64,000 nucleotides of DNA from Terriglobales bacterium (GCA_035531375.1 DATKSZ010000014.1:23031-87030), one strand, 5' to 3'; shown: positions 38,969-48,167, counted from the stretch's first letter. The notes: a model not told the origin generated them from the sequence alone. Numbers and translations: made by a program.

Positions 38969-39804
38969 CGCCGCGCCTCCTCGCCCGCCCGCACCAGGGG
39001 CGGCGGCTCCGGCGCCGCCACCAGCCCGTCCGCCGCCGCCAGCGCAAAGAAACGCCGCAGCCCCTCCTGGTGCGCCGCGGTCAGGTGGTAGGCGACGTTT
39101 TCCGCCAGGTAGCGCCGCACTTCCTCCGGCGCCAGCCGCAGCCGCGGCGCCCACGCCGCCACCAGCGCCTCGCGCTGCTCCAGCCCCTGCTCCAGCGCCT
39201 GCTCCAGCCGCTGCGGCAGCCACTCCCGGTTGGCCTCGAAGGCCTCCGCCCGAATGCCCCACAGCGCGAACACAAACGGCAGCCCGGTCCAGGCCTGCCA
39301 CTCCCGCGCCAGGTCGTAGACCCGCAGGCCTGCCGCCTCCGCCTCCCCGCTCACCCGCAGCCGCAGCGCCGGATCCCCGATCAGCAGCACCGCGTCCGCC
39401 TCCGCCAGTCCCCGCCGCCAATCCGCATCTCCCGGCTGCACCGCAAACTCTGCCCCAAACCGGCGCCGCAGCAGGATCTGCACCAGCGCCGCCGAGGTGC
39501 GCGAGGCCCGGTCCAGCCCCAGCCTCCGCACCTCCGCCGCCGGCCGCCGGCTCACCAGCAGGATGCTCCGCACCTCCGCTCCCGCCTCCGCCCGCGCCGC
39601 CACTCCCAGCCCCTCCAGCCCCACCAGCCCCCCCACCCGCGCCAGCTCGATCACCGGAATTACTCCCAGTTCGGCGCTCCCCTCCCGCAGCGCGTCCGCG
39701 CAGGCCGAGGGCAGCGTGTAGGCCAGGCGAAAGCGCGCGTCCCCCTCCAGCCCCCACATCAGGGGCGCGGCGTTGAGAAACTCGATGGCGGCGATGCGCA
39801 GCAT
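38965..39804 (-). CDS. mqnA: Chorismate dehydratase (futalosine pathway) MqnA-like
   Basis: Track ORF trimmed to ATG 39804: MLRIAAIEFLNAAPLMWGL...LPSACADALREGSAELGVIPVIE...LLIGDPAL...PFVFALW. This is the periplasmic-binding-fold VitK2 biosynthesis family, recognised from memory. Confidence 0.75.
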   Translation of the reverse strand: MLRIAAIEFLNAAPLMWGLEGDARFRLAYTLPSACADALREGSAELGVIPVIELARVGGLVGLEGLGVAARAEAGAEVRSILLVSRRPAAEVRRLGLDRASRTSAALVQILLRRRFGAEFAVQPGDADWRRGLAEADAVLLIGDPALRLRVSGEAEAAGLRVYDLAREWQAWTGLPFVFALWGIRAEAFEANREWLPQRLEQALEQGLEQREALVAAWAPRLRLAPEEVRRYLAENVAYHLTAAHQEGLRRFFALAAADGLVAAPEPPPLVRAGEEARR

Positions 39805-39899
39805 CCGGGTAGGCGCGGCGGGTCCGGTCCAGTATAAATGGAAACGTCGGCGCCCCCGCCCGCGTCCGGTACAATCAGGCAGGAGGATAGACACTCAGC

Positions 39900-40553
39900 A
39901 TGGGCAAACGAGCGATCCAGCAGTGGTGCGCGGGGTTGGCGCTGGGACTGGCGATGGCCGCCGCGGCGGCGGCGCAGGTGAATCCACCCGTCGCCCCCAA
40001 TATCCCGCCCCCCGGCGCCACCCCCCCGTCCCCCTTCGGTGGCAACTCCGAAATCTTTGTCGGCGGCGGCTTCACCTTCCCCAAGGCCACCACCGCCAAC
40101 GCCAATCCCGTCGCCACCACCAACGTGGCCAGCCTCGACTTCGGCTACCTCTACCACGTCACCGACAACAGCGCCTTCGAGCTGCACGTGGGCTTCTGGC
40201 GCCCCGTGCAGGTCTACCAAACCACCACCAGCGTTCAGGCGCGCGACAACGAGATCACCTTCAACTACGTCTGGACCTACCCCACCGACGGCTTCATCCG
40301 CCCCTTCTTCCTGGGCGGCGTCGGCGTCATCCGCTATTCCCCCAGCGGCGCCAACAACCCTCCGCAAGCCGCCAGCCAGCAGCGCGCCGTCGTGGTCTAC
40401 GGCGGCGGCCTCGACTTCCGCCTCAGCCATTCCTGGAGCATCCGCGCCGAGTACCGCGGCCTGCTCTACCGCGTGCCCGATTTCACCCTGATCAGCATCA
40501 GCAAGTGGAACCACACCCCGGCCCCCGACATCGGCCTGGTGTATCACTTCTGA
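39900..40553 (+). CDS. Outer-membrane beta-barrel protein (small OMP)
   Basis: The signal peptide is LALGLAMAAAAAAQV. Alternating beta-strand patterns follow, ending in the C-terminal GLVYHF with a terminal Phe. Confidence 0.75.
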   Translation: MGKRAIQQWCAGLALGLAMAAAAAAQVNPPVAPNIPPPGATPPSPFGGNSEIFVGGGFTFPKATTANANPVATTNVASLDFGYLYHVTDNSAFELHVGFWRPVQVYQTTTSVQARDNEITFNYVWTYPTDGFIRPFFLGGVGVIRYSPSGANNPPQAASQQRAVVVYGGGLDFRLSHSWSIRAEYRGLLYRVPDFTLISISKWNHTPAPDIGLVYHF

Positions 40554-40632
40554 GACGGCTCTGAGACGGCCCGCTCCGCCGGCGCGCCCGCGCTGGCCGC
40601 GCCGGGCGCCGCTCCGGCCGCCGCCGCCGCCT

Positions 40633-42165
40633 TCAGTGCACGATGCGCCCGGATGAACCGGGGCTGGCGGCCATCCCGCCCCCCGCCCGCATCCCGCCCA
40701 GGCTGGGCGCCGGCCCCGCCTCCGGCCCGGAGAAGCCCCCGACCCGGCCCGCGCCGCCCATGGACATCACCCGCGCCCCCATGCCGACCTGCGGCGCCGC
40801 GCCCGGGCGGCTGAAGCCGACCACCCCGGTGCCCATCACCCCGCCCACGCGCCCCGCGCCGGCGCGGTAAACACCCGCGCTGCGGAACCCCAGCCGCGAG
40901 GACTGGATCCCCCCGCTGGGCGGCCGCAGCTCTGTCCGCGCGCTCGCCACCGGCGGCGGCCCCAGCCGTCCGCCCGCGGCCGGGCCCACCGGCAAGAAGC
41001 GCTGCCCCGGCATCCGCGGCCCTCCCCGCTTCAGCCCCGTCGCCGCGCTCGGCGCCACCACCGCCAACGCCCCGCCGCCGCTGCCCATGTTGTAGTAGTT
41101 GCTGCCGTACCCCTGCGCATCCAGGTAGCCCAGGGAATAGCCGCCTGGATAGGCACAGCCCTCGAAGGGGTCGGTCAAGCTCTGGCCGGCGAAGATATAC
41201 GCCACCCCGCAGTCGGTGTTCAGCACCATGGCCGGCATCGCCAACATGCCCCAGTTGCTACCCAGGCTGCCGTCCGGCTGCACGCTGCCCTGCAGCACGC
41301 TGTTGGTCTGGCCCACGTCGCTGGCGCTGGCGGCCACGCTGGCGTCGGCCACCACCGCCTGCGCCGGCAGATACCAACCCTGCGCCTGGCTCCAGCACCA
41401 GCCCCGATAGTCGCCGCTGTTCGCCGTCCAGGGGCAGCCCCGCGTCCCCACATAGCTCAACCCGGTGCCGGTGTAGGTGGGCATGGGCGGCGCCGCCGCC
41501 CCCCAATTGACATAAGTGCTCAGGCTGCCGGGTTCCACCCCATGGTGCAGCGCCGCCTCGTAGTAGGCGTCCCGCGTCCGGCTCCAGCGCGTCCAGGGAT
41601 CGGCCGCGCCGGCATAGGTGGCGCGCAGCGTCGGCGCCAGCTCCGCCTGCTGGTTCTTCTTCAGCGCCAGCTCTTGCGCCCCCTCCCGCACCCGCGCCCT
41701 GCCCGCCAAAACCGTCACCGCCGCCGCATCCGCGCGCAGGCTGGCGTCGCCCTCTGCCACCACGCTGGCGCCCGGCGGCAGCAGCAGTTGGAAGCGCTGG
41801 CCATCCTCCTTGCGCAGCGTGGCAAACGCCGTGCCCGCCTGCACCTGCGCCGTGGTGACAAACACCCCTTGGTCGCTCAGCGCCAGGGTCGGAAACGATA
41901 GTTGCGAGTTGGGAATCAGCCGCAGCGTCGAGCCGTGCTCCAACTCGATCTCAGCCCGCCCCGAGCCCAGCGTCCGCACCCGCTCGCCCGCCACCACCGG
42001 CCCGTCCAACAGCGCCGGATGCCACTGGTGCTCGCCCGACAGTTGCACCTCGACTGCGCCGGTCACCAGGCTGAAGCGAACAAAGCGAATATTGCTGTCC
42101 GCCCAGGCACCGCTGGTCAGTGCCAATGCGATCAGCGCCAGCCAAAGCTTGTGCCAGCTCTGCAT
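40633..42165 (-). CDS. FecR-domain protein with Gly/Arg/Met-rich C-terminal tail
   Basis: ATG 42165 gives MQSWHKLWLALIALALTSGAWA, a signal peptide. The FecR-like beta-sandwich segment reads GERVRTLGSGRAEIELEHGSTLRLIPNSQLSF. The low-complexity tail has AGRVGG repeated. Confidence 0.7.
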   Translation of the reverse strand: MQSWHKLWLALIALALTSGAWADSNIRFVRFSLVTGAVEVQLSGEHQWHPALLDGPVVAGERVRTLGSGRAEIELEHGSTLRLIPNSQLSFPTLALSDQGVFVTTAQVQAGTAFATLRKEDGQRFQLLLPPGASVVAEGDASLRADAAAVTVLAGRARVREGAQELALKKNQQAELAPTLRATYAGAADPWTRWSRTRDAYYEAALHHGVEPGSLSTYVNWGAAAPPMPTYTGTGLSYVGTRGCPWTANSGDYRGWCWSQAQGWYLPAQAVVADASVAASASDVGQTNSVLQGSVQPDGSLGSNWGMLAMPAMVLNTDCGVAYIFAGQSLTDPFEGCAYPGGYSLGYLDAQGYGSNYYNMGSGGGALAVVAPSAATGLKRGGPRMPGQRFLPVGPAAGGRLGPPPVASARTELRPPSGGIQSSRLGFRSAGVYRAGAGRVGGVMGTGVVGFSRPGAAPQVGMGARVMSMGGAGRVGGFSGPEAGPAPSLGGMRAGGGMAASPGSSGRIVH

Positions 42166-42262
42166 GGGCCCTCCACTAGCACCAGTGTGCGCCGAATCCA
42201 CGTCGTGTCAAGCCACCCCCGCCCCCGCTCTGGCGGCAAGGTGGAAAGGGTTAAAATAGCCT

Positions 42263-43054
42263 ATGCAGAGACCGATCCTCGCCTGCGCGCTGGCCTTGGC
42301 CGCCGCCTCCCTGCTCTCCACCGCCGCCGCGGCGCAGCAGCCCCAGCCCGTCCCCGAGGTCTATCTCTTCAAAAACCCCCAGCCCGCCCCCGTGCTCGAG
42401 GCCACCACCCTCAACGGCCAGCACATCAGCTTGGCGGCGCTGCGCGGCAAGGTGGTGCTGCTCAATTTCTGGGCCACCTGGTGCGGCCCCTGCCGCCAGG
42501 AGATTCCCGAGTTCGAGCAGCTCCAGCGCAAGTACGCCGGCAAGCTGCAAGTCGTCGGCCTCTCGGTGGATGAGTTGCCCCCGGCTGCGGTGGCCAAGGT
42601 CGCCGCCAAGATGGGCATCAACTACCCCGTCGCCCTGGCCACCAGCGCCGTGGAGAAGCGCTTTGGCGACTTGTCCACCATCCCTGTCACCTGGGTGATT
42701 GACCGCAATGGCCAAGTGGACCAGAAAAACCACGGCGCCAACCCCTACGCGGTCTTTGACACCGAGGTGCGCGCCCTGCTCGGCCTGCCCACCCAGATCA
42801 AGGTGGCCCGCATTGACCAGCTCTCGCCCAACGGCAAGGTGGGCACCATTGATATTCCCGGCCTCGCCGCCGATCTGCGCGCCCTCACCCCGGCGCAGCG
42901 CCAGGAGGCCCTCGCCAAGCTCAATTCGCAGGCCTGCACCTGCGGCTGCGACTGGTCGCTCGCCACCTGCCGCGTGCAAGACCCCTCCTGCGGCTTCAGC
43001 CTCCCGCAGGCGCGCAAGCTCATCGCCGCCATCAAGGCCGGCGCCAAGCCCTAG
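42263..43054 (+). CDS. TlpA/ResA-like periplasmic thiol:disulfide oxidoreductase with extra Cys-rich C-terminal domain
   Basis: A signal peptide is present. The thioredoxin motif is LLNFWATWCGPCRQEIPEF. The C-terminal ~80 aa contain CTCGCDWSLATCRVQDPSC. Confidence 0.85.
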   Translation: MQRPILACALALAAASLLSTAAAAQQPQPVPEVYLFKNPQPAPVLEATTLNGQHISLAALRGKVVLLNFWATWCGPCRQEIPEFEQLQRKYAGKLQVVGLSVDELPPAAVAKVAAKMGINYPVALATSAVEKRFGDLSTIPVTWVIDRNGQVDQKNHGANPYAVFDTEVRALLGLPTQIKVARIDQLSPNGKVGTIDIPGLAADLRALTPAQRQEALAKLNSQACTCGCDWSLATCRVQDPSCGFSLPQARKLIAAIKAGAKP

Positions 43055-43082
43055 CGCGGCGCCCCGCGCACGGTTTCGCCCG

Positions 43083-43328
43083 CTAGGTGGTCTCCGGGTG
43101 CGGCGGCGGCAGCAGTTCGTCCAGCGTCTGGTTCAGCGCCTCGTCGGTCAGCTCCCCCAGCCCCTCGTAGGGATTGAACGCGTAGTCAATCTCGTTGTTC
43201 GAACTCGGCAGCCCGGAGGCCTTCTCCTGCTTGCGCACGGAACGGCGTTCCACCTTCTCGCGCTGCCTCTCCTGGCGCGCCTTTTCCTTTTGCCTCTTCT
43301 GGAATGTCGGACCTGAACGACCCGCCAT
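43083..43328 (-). CDS. Hypothetical small charged protein (81 aa)
   Basis: MAGRSGPTFQKRQKEKARQERQREKVERRSVRKQEKASGL...NPYEGLGELTDEALNQTLDELLPPP. GGGAGG lies 6 nt upstream of the ATG. Third-position GC is high. The composition is far more protein-like than that of the antisense ORF 43195..43380. Confidence 0.5.
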   Translation of the reverse strand: MAGRSGPTFQKRQKEKARQERQREKVERRSVRKQEKASGLPSSNNEIDYAFNPYEGLGELTDEALNQTLDELLPPPHPETT

Positions 43329-43388
43329 GGGGGACCTCCCGGGTGTGAAGGATGAACGCCAGTGGCGCTTCTGCCTCTAGTGTAACAG

Positions 43389-43413
43389 CTACCGTCCGCC
43401 GACGGTAGTTTTT
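43389..43413 (+). terminator. Intrinsic-terminator-like hairpin (orphan)
   Basis: CTACCGTC-cgcc-GACGGTAG is a perfect 8-bp stem with a 4-nt loop, followed by TTTTT. No plus-strand gene ends nearby: the nearest stop is at 43054, 335 nt upstream. Confidence 0.45.
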
Positions 43414-43511
43414 GCCCCGCGCCGCCCCCGCCCCACACTTTCGCCAAGCCCAGCGCGGGCGCGCGTTCTGGCACGCCACTTGCAGGTTCTTGGGCAAAGG
43501 CAGTTTTTCTC

Positions 43512-44054
43512 GTGTTGCGCTTGATTCGGAATCATCCCTTGGCCGGCTTGGTGCTGGCACTCAGCTTGGAAGCTTGGTTGGCAGTGCCGGGCGAGGCCAT
43601 GATCGCCCTCGCCGCCTCCACCCTGCTCAGCGAATGCCTGGTCGAGGCCTACGGCCTGCTTCGCCTCGCCCTCGGCGGCGTCGCCGGCATGCTGGTCAAC
43701 GACCTGGTCCTGTTCGGCCTCAGCCGCGCCGGCCGCGGCGTGCTCCTCCACTGGATCGGCCGCCATCCCCTCCACTTCCACCTCTCCTCCGAGCTGGTCC
43801 TGGGCGCCAAGTTCCTCCCCCCGCTGCGCAGCGCCGCTTATGTCGTCTACGGCCTGCAAGGCGCCCCCTTCTCCCGCTTCCTCGCCGTCTCGCTCCTCTC
43901 CAGCCTGCTCTGGGTCGTGCTCTATCTCGCCCTCGGCTTCAGCTTCCGCGGCCACATCCGCCAGTGGATGCAGCGCGCCGAGCGCCGCCGCGGCTGGATG
44001 ACCGCCGCCGAAATCGCACTCACCCTCGCCGTGGTGGTGGCCATTTGGCTCTAG
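43512..44054 (+). CDS. DedA/VTT-domain family membrane protein
   Basis: The start is GTG. ...LSRAGRGVL...LGAKFLPPLRSAAYVVYGLQGAPFSRFLAVSLLSSLLW resembles the DedA core (F/R-F-x-P-x-x-R ... G). Confidence 0.7.
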   Translation: MLRLIRNHPLAGLVLALSLEAWLAVPGEAMIALAASTLLSECLVEAYGLLRLALGGVAGMLVNDLVLFGLSRAGRGVLLHWIGRHPLHFHLSSELVLGAKFLPPLRSAAYVVYGLQGAPFSRFLAVSLLSSLLWVVLYLALGFSFRGHIRQWMQRAERRRGWMTAAEIALTLAVVVAIWL

Positions 44055-44149
44055 CCCGCCTCCGGCCTTTCCATGCAAATGTAACAGCGCAATGATGGAT
44101 CTCGTATTGGGCAATGGGCTGGCCCTCCGCCAGCCGTCAGGGAGGTCAC

Positions 44150-44548
44150 ATGATGAAGAGTTCCCGCATTCTCATCGGCTCCGCCGTTTTGGCGCTGGGC
44201 ACGATGCTGGCCTGGGGGGCGAGCCCGGCGACCTCGGCCCAACCCGCAACCGCAACCATGGCCCGCCAGGGCCGCCAAATGCGCAGCCCGGCCGAGATGG
44301 CCAAGATGATGACCGACCGCATTGACAAGGCCGTCACCCTCAACGACGACCAAAAAGCCAAGATCGAGGCCATCTACGAGAAGGCCTTCACCGACATGGC
44401 CGCCAACCGCGCCAGCGGCGACATGTCCAAGAACCGCGAGGTCATGGGCCAAGCCACCAAGGACGCCCAGGCGCTCTGCACCCCCGACCAAGTCGCCAAG
44501 TGGCCCGCCATGGGCCGCGGCCGCCGCGGCGGCGGCGGCGGCCTCTAG
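44150..44548 (+). CDS. Periplasmic Spy/CpxP-like (LTxxQ-type) protein
   Basis: ATG 44150 has GGAGG 4 nt upstream. The signal peptide is MMKSSRILIGSAVLALGTMLAWG. Helical repeats include LNDDQKAKIEAIY and CTPDQVAKW. The tail is Gly/Arg-rich. Confidence 0.55.
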   Translation: MMKSSRILIGSAVLALGTMLAWGASPATSAQPATATMARQGRQMRSPAEMAKMMTDRIDKAVTLNDDQKAKIEAIYEKAFTDMAANRASGDMSKNREVMGQATKDAQALCTPDQVAKWPAMGRGRRGGGGGL

Positions 44549-44572
44549 GCCGCTGGCGCAGCTCTGGTTTCT

Positions 44573-44604
44573 GCGGGCTCCGGTCCTCCGGAGCCCGCTT
44601 TTTT
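44573..44604 (+). terminator. Rho-independent terminator
   Basis: GCGGGCTCCGG-tcct-CCGGAGCCCGC is a perfect 11-bp stem followed by TTTTTT, 25 nt after the stop at 44548. Confidence 0.8.
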
Positions 44605-44645
44605 GGCATCTTGCCAACCGCCGCCGCTTATTGCCTAATCAGAGC

Positions 44646-46037
44646 ATGCAAATCAGCTTCCACGGCGCCGCCGGTGCGGTCACCGGCTCCTGCCACCTGC
44701 TCCAAGCCGCCGGCCGCCGCATCCTGGTTGATTGCGGCATGTATCAGGGCAGCCGTTCGCTGCGCGACGAAAACGCCGAGGAGTTCGGCTTTGATCCCGC
44801 CGCCGTGGATCTGGTGCTGCTCACCCATGCCCACCTCGACCACTGCGGCCGCATCCCGCTGCTGGTCAAGCGCGGCTTCCGCGGCCGCGTCCTCACCACC
44901 GCCGCCACCCGCGACCTGGCCGAACTGGTGCTGCTCGACTCCGCCGGCCTGCAGCAGGAGGAACTCCGCCACCACCCCAACGGCGCCGCCACGCCCCTCT
45001 ACGACCGCAACGACGTCCAACTCGCCATGGCGCGCTGCGACGGCCGCATGGCCTACGCCGCCTCCGCCGACCTCTTCCCCGGCATCCGCGCCACCTTCCA
45101 CGACGCCGGCCACATCCTCGGCTCCGCCTGGATCCTGCTCGAGCTGGAAGAGTCCGGCCAGCGCCGCCGCGTCATCTTCAGCGGCGATCTCGGCAACCAC
45201 GACAAGCCCATCCTCAACCCCCCCGAGGGCGCCCTCGCCGCCGACGACATCGTCATGGAGTCCACCTACGGCAACCGCAACCACTGCTGCCAAGCCGACT
45301 CCATCAAGGAATTCCAGCAGGTGGTGGCGCAAACCCTGGCCCGCGGCGGCAACATCGTTATCCCCACCTTCGCCCTGGAGCGCGCCCAGGATCTGCTCTT
45401 CTACCTGCGCGACATGGTCAAGCAGAAGCTCATCGCCCCCGCCACCCCGGTCTACCTCGACTCCCCCATGGCCATCTCCGCCACCGAGATCTTCCGCCGC
45501 CACCGCGAGGACTATAATCCCGTGGCGGCGGCCATGATCGCCGCCGGCGACGATCCCTTCGCCCTGCCCAACCTGCACTATACCCGCACCACCCAAGACT
45601 CCATGGCCATCAACCAGGTCCATGGCGCGGTCATCATGGCCGGCTCCGGCATGGCCGCCGGCGGACGCGTCCTCCACCACCTCCGCCACAACCTCGACGA
45701 CGCCCGCAACAGCGTGGTCTTCGTCGGCTACGCCGCCCTCGGCACCCCCGCCCGCGCCATCATTGACGGCGCCAAGACGGTCAAGATGTTTGGCGAGCCG
45801 GTCGCCGTGCGCGCCCAGATCGCCACCATCGGCGGCTTCTCCGCCCACGCCGACCACGACGACCTGCTGCGCTGGGTGCAGGCCGGCGGCAAGCCCGGCC
45901 GCGTCTTCCTGGTCCACGGCGAAGACGTCGCCGCCACCGTGCTGGCCCGCGACCTGGGCGCCCTGGGCATCCCCGTGGTCCATCCCGCCCTGCACCAGAC
46001 CGTGGACCTCAACGCCGCCCAGCCCGCCGCCGTCTGA
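44646..46037 (+). CDS. MBL-fold metallo-hydrolase of the beta-CASP RNA-processing type
   Basis: Track ORF trimmed to ATG 44646: MQISFHGAAGAVTGSCHLL...ILVDCGMYQG...LLTHAHLDHCGRIPLL (HxHxDH). The C-terminus reads FSAHADHDDLLRW..VFLVHGE, which is beta-CASP motif C plus the RNA-specificity domain. Confidence 0.85.
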   Translation: MQISFHGAAGAVTGSCHLLQAAGRRILVDCGMYQGSRSLRDENAEEFGFDPAAVDLVLLTHAHLDHCGRIPLLVKRGFRGRVLTTAATRDLAELVLLDSAGLQQEELRHHPNGAATPLYDRNDVQLAMARCDGRMAYAASADLFPGIRATFHDAGHILGSAWILLELEESGQRRRVIFSGDLGNHDKPILNPPEGALAADDIVMESTYGNRNHCCQADSIKEFQQVVAQTLARGGNIVIPTFALERAQDLLFYLRDMVKQKLIAPATPVYLDSPMAISATEIFRRHREDYNPVAAAMIAAGDDPFALPNLHYTRTTQDSMAINQVHGAVIMAGSGMAAGGRVLHHLRHNLDDARNSVVFVGYAALGTPARAIIDGAKTVKMFGEPVAVRAQIATIGGFSAHADHDDLLRWVQAGGKPGRVFLVHGEDVAATVLARDLGALGIPVVHPALHQTVDLNAAQPAAV

Positions 46038-46054
46038 GCCGCATCTCAACCTGG

Positions 46055-46798
46055 GTGGACGCCCCCGTCAGCCTCGAACAGGCCTGGAGCGCCGCGCCCC
46101 CGCCCGCCCCCGCCCTCCGCCCCGAAACGCTGGCCCGGTTGCCGCCCAGCGCCCGGCTCTATCTGGCGCACGCCCTGCCGCCCGGCGCGCCACTGCCGCG
46201 CGCCGCGCGCCTGCGCAGCCACGGCGCGATCAAGCTCAAGCACTGGTGGCCCTTCACCGCCGAGCAGGTCATCGTCTGGGGCCGCGGCTTCCTCTGGCAC
46301 GCCGCGGTGCGGATGTACGGCCTGCCCGTCCGCGGCGGCGACTGGCTCTGGGACGGCGCCGGCGGCATGCGCTGGCGCTGGCTCGGCCTGCTGCCGCTGG
46401 TCAACGCTGCCGGCCCCGACCTTGCCCGCTCCGCCGCCGGCCGCCTCCACCTCGAGTCGCTCTGGCTGCCCTCGGCCTTGGCCAGCGATGCGGTGCAATG
46501 GACCGAACCCGCGCCCGGCCAGCTCCGCGCCCGCCTCGCCGCCCACGGCGAGGCCACCGAGCTCGCCTTCGCCCTCGCCCCCAACGGGGGCTTGCGCTCG
46601 GTCATCGCCCCGCGCTGGGGCAACCCCGGCGGCGGACCTTTCGCCTATCTCCCCTTCGGCGCCCTGGTCGAGGCCGAGGCCTGCTTCGACGGCTTCACCC
46701 TCCCCAGCCGCCTCCGCGCCGGCTGGCACTGCGGCACCGACCGCTTCGCCCAGGGCGAGTTCTTCCGCGTCACCCTCGACGCCGCCCGGTTCCGCTGA
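46055..46798 (+). CDS. Conserved-looking hypothetical protein (247 aa)
   Basis: The start is GTG. The composition is Trp/Arg-rich but protein-like (…WWPFTAEQVIVWGRGFLWHAAVRMYGLPVRGGDWL…GEFFRVTLDAARFR). I cannot name a motif with confidence. Confidence 0.6.
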   Translation: MDAPVSLEQAWSAAPPPAPALRPETLARLPPSARLYLAHALPPGAPLPRAARLRSHGAIKLKHWWPFTAEQVIVWGRGFLWHAAVRMYGLPVRGGDWLWDGAGGMRWRWLGLLPLVNAAGPDLARSAAGRLHLESLWLPSALASDAVQWTEPAPGQLRARLAAHGEATELAFALAPNGGLRSVIAPRWGNPGGGPFAYLPFGALVEAEACFDGFTLPSRLRAGWHCGTDRFAQGEFFRVTLDAARFR

Positions 46799-46806
46799 GC
46801 GACCGC

Positions 46807-47391
46807 CTAGAGCGTGGTGATCTCTTTTTCCTTGGCCCCGGCGATCTGCTCCAGCTTGGCCAACTCGGCGTCGGTCAGCTTCTGGATGTCGTCGTGCGCC
46901 CGCCGCTCCTCGTCCTCGCTGATCTCCTTGGCCGCCTTGATCTTCTTCACCGCGTCGTTGCCGTCGCGGCGGATGTTGCGCAACCCGGTGCGGTGCTCCT
47001 CCAGCACGCGGTGCAGCACCTTCACCAGGTCCTGCCGCCGCTCCGCCGTCAGCGGCGGCACCGGAATGCGGATCAGCTTGCCGTCGTTGCCCGGGTTGAG
47101 CCCCAAGTCGGCGGCCCGGATCGCCTTCTCAATGCCCGGCAGCGCGCTGGCGTCGAACGGCTGCACCGTGATCAACTGCGGATCGGGCGCGTGCACGGTG
47201 GCCACCTGGTTGAGCGGCATCTCGGTGCCATAGTACTCCACCCGCACCGCGTCGAGCAGGTGCACCGAGGCCCGCCCGGTGCGGATGCCCGCCAGCGCGT
47301 CGCGAAAGTCGCTGGCGGTTTTCTCCATGCGGGCAAGCAGTTGCTGGAAGACGGGACGCAGGGCGGGGACCGAGGCGGAACTGGGGTTCAT
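46807..47391 (-). CDS. frr: Ribosome recycling factor
   Basis: …[38 protein letters not shown]…[26 protein letters not shown]… is canonical Frr. There is an ATGA overlap with pyrH. Confidence 0.95.
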   Translation of the reverse strand: MNPSSASVPALRPVFQQLLARMEKTASDFRDALAGIRTGRASVHLLDAVRVEYYGTEMPLNQVATVHAPDPQLITVQPFDASALPGIEKAIRAADLGLNPGNDGKLIRIPVPPLTAERRQDLVKVLHRVLEEHRTGLRNIRRDGNDAVKKIKAAKEISEDEERRAHDDIQKLTDAELAKLEQIAGAKEKEITTL

Positions 47392-48143
47392 GAGGCGGCT
47401 CCGAGCGGTGGCTCCGGGCGGGCGGCGGGGGCGGCTCCGATGCGCGAGCCGATGGGCTCGCCCTGGGCGACGCGGACGATGTTGCCGGGCTGCAGCAGGC
47501 TGAACACAATCACCGGCAGGTGGTTCTCCTGGCAGAGCGAGACGGCGGAAATATCCATCACGCGCAGGTTGCGCTGGATGAACTCCTCGTAGCTGATCGC
47601 GGCAAAGCGCTGGGCCTGGGCCACCAGGCGCGGGTCGGCGTCGTAGATGCCGTCCACCTTGGTGCCCTTCAGGATCGCCTCGGCGCGGATCTCCATCGCC
47701 CGCAGCGCCGCCGCCGTGTCGGTGGAAAAGTAGGGGCTGCCGGTGCCGCCCACAAAAATCACGCACCGCCCCTTCTCCAAGTGGCGCAGCGCCCGCCGCC
47801 GGATGAAGGGCTCCGCCACCTGGTCCATGCGCAGCGCGCTCATCACCCGCGTGCTCAGCCCCCGGCTCTCCAGCGCGTCCTGCATGGCGATGCCGTTGAT
47901 CACCGTGGCCAGCATGCCCATGTGGTCGGCCGCCACCCGGTCCATGTTCTGCGCCTGCAGCTTCACCCCGCGGAAGAAGTTCCCTCCGCCCAGCACCAGC
48001 GCCACCTGCACCCCCGCCCCCGCCAGCGTGACGATCTCGTCCGCGATCCCCGCCATCCGCCCCGGGTCAATGCCCAACTGCTGCTCGCCGGCAAGGGCCT
48101 CGCCCGAGAGCTTGAGCAGCACGCGCTGGAAGGCGGAGGGCAT
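47388..48143 (-). CDS. pyrH: UMP kinase
   Basis: [16 protein letters not shown]...[13 protein letters not shown]...[19 protein letters not shown] is canonical PyrH. Confidence 0.95.
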   Translation of the reverse strand: MPSAFQRVLLKLSGEALAGEQQLGIDPGRMAGIADEIVTLAGAGVQVALVLGGGNFFRGVKLQAQNMDRVAADHMGMLATVINGIAMQDALESRGLSTRVMSALRMDQVAEPFIRRRALRHLEKGRCVIFVGGTGSPYFSTDTAAALRAMEIRAEAILKGTKVDGIYDADPRLVAQAQRFAAISYEEFIQRNLRVMDISAVSLCQENHLPVIVFSLLQPGNIVRVAQGEPIGSRIGAAPAARPEPPLGAAS

Positions 48144-48167
48144 GGGCCAGGGTGGTAACGCTTCTCC

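Noticed and set aside
40551-40573. The direct repeat tgagacggc-tc-tgagacggc just after the OMP gene stop, checked together with the rest of the window for CRISPR-like or tandem arrays.
   Set aside because: Only two 9-bp units are present. No spacer-repeat periodicity and no cas genes occur anywhere in the window.
43195-43380. The 61-aa plus-strand ORF that ends 9 nt before the orphan terminator hairpin, which would give that terminator a gene.
   Set aside because: Its translation (MFELGSPEAFSCLRTERRSTFSRCLSWRAFSFCLFWNV...) has an unnatural Cys/Trp/Phe/Ser-rich composition. It is the exact antisense of a much more protein-like 81-aa ORF that has a good ribosome-binding site.
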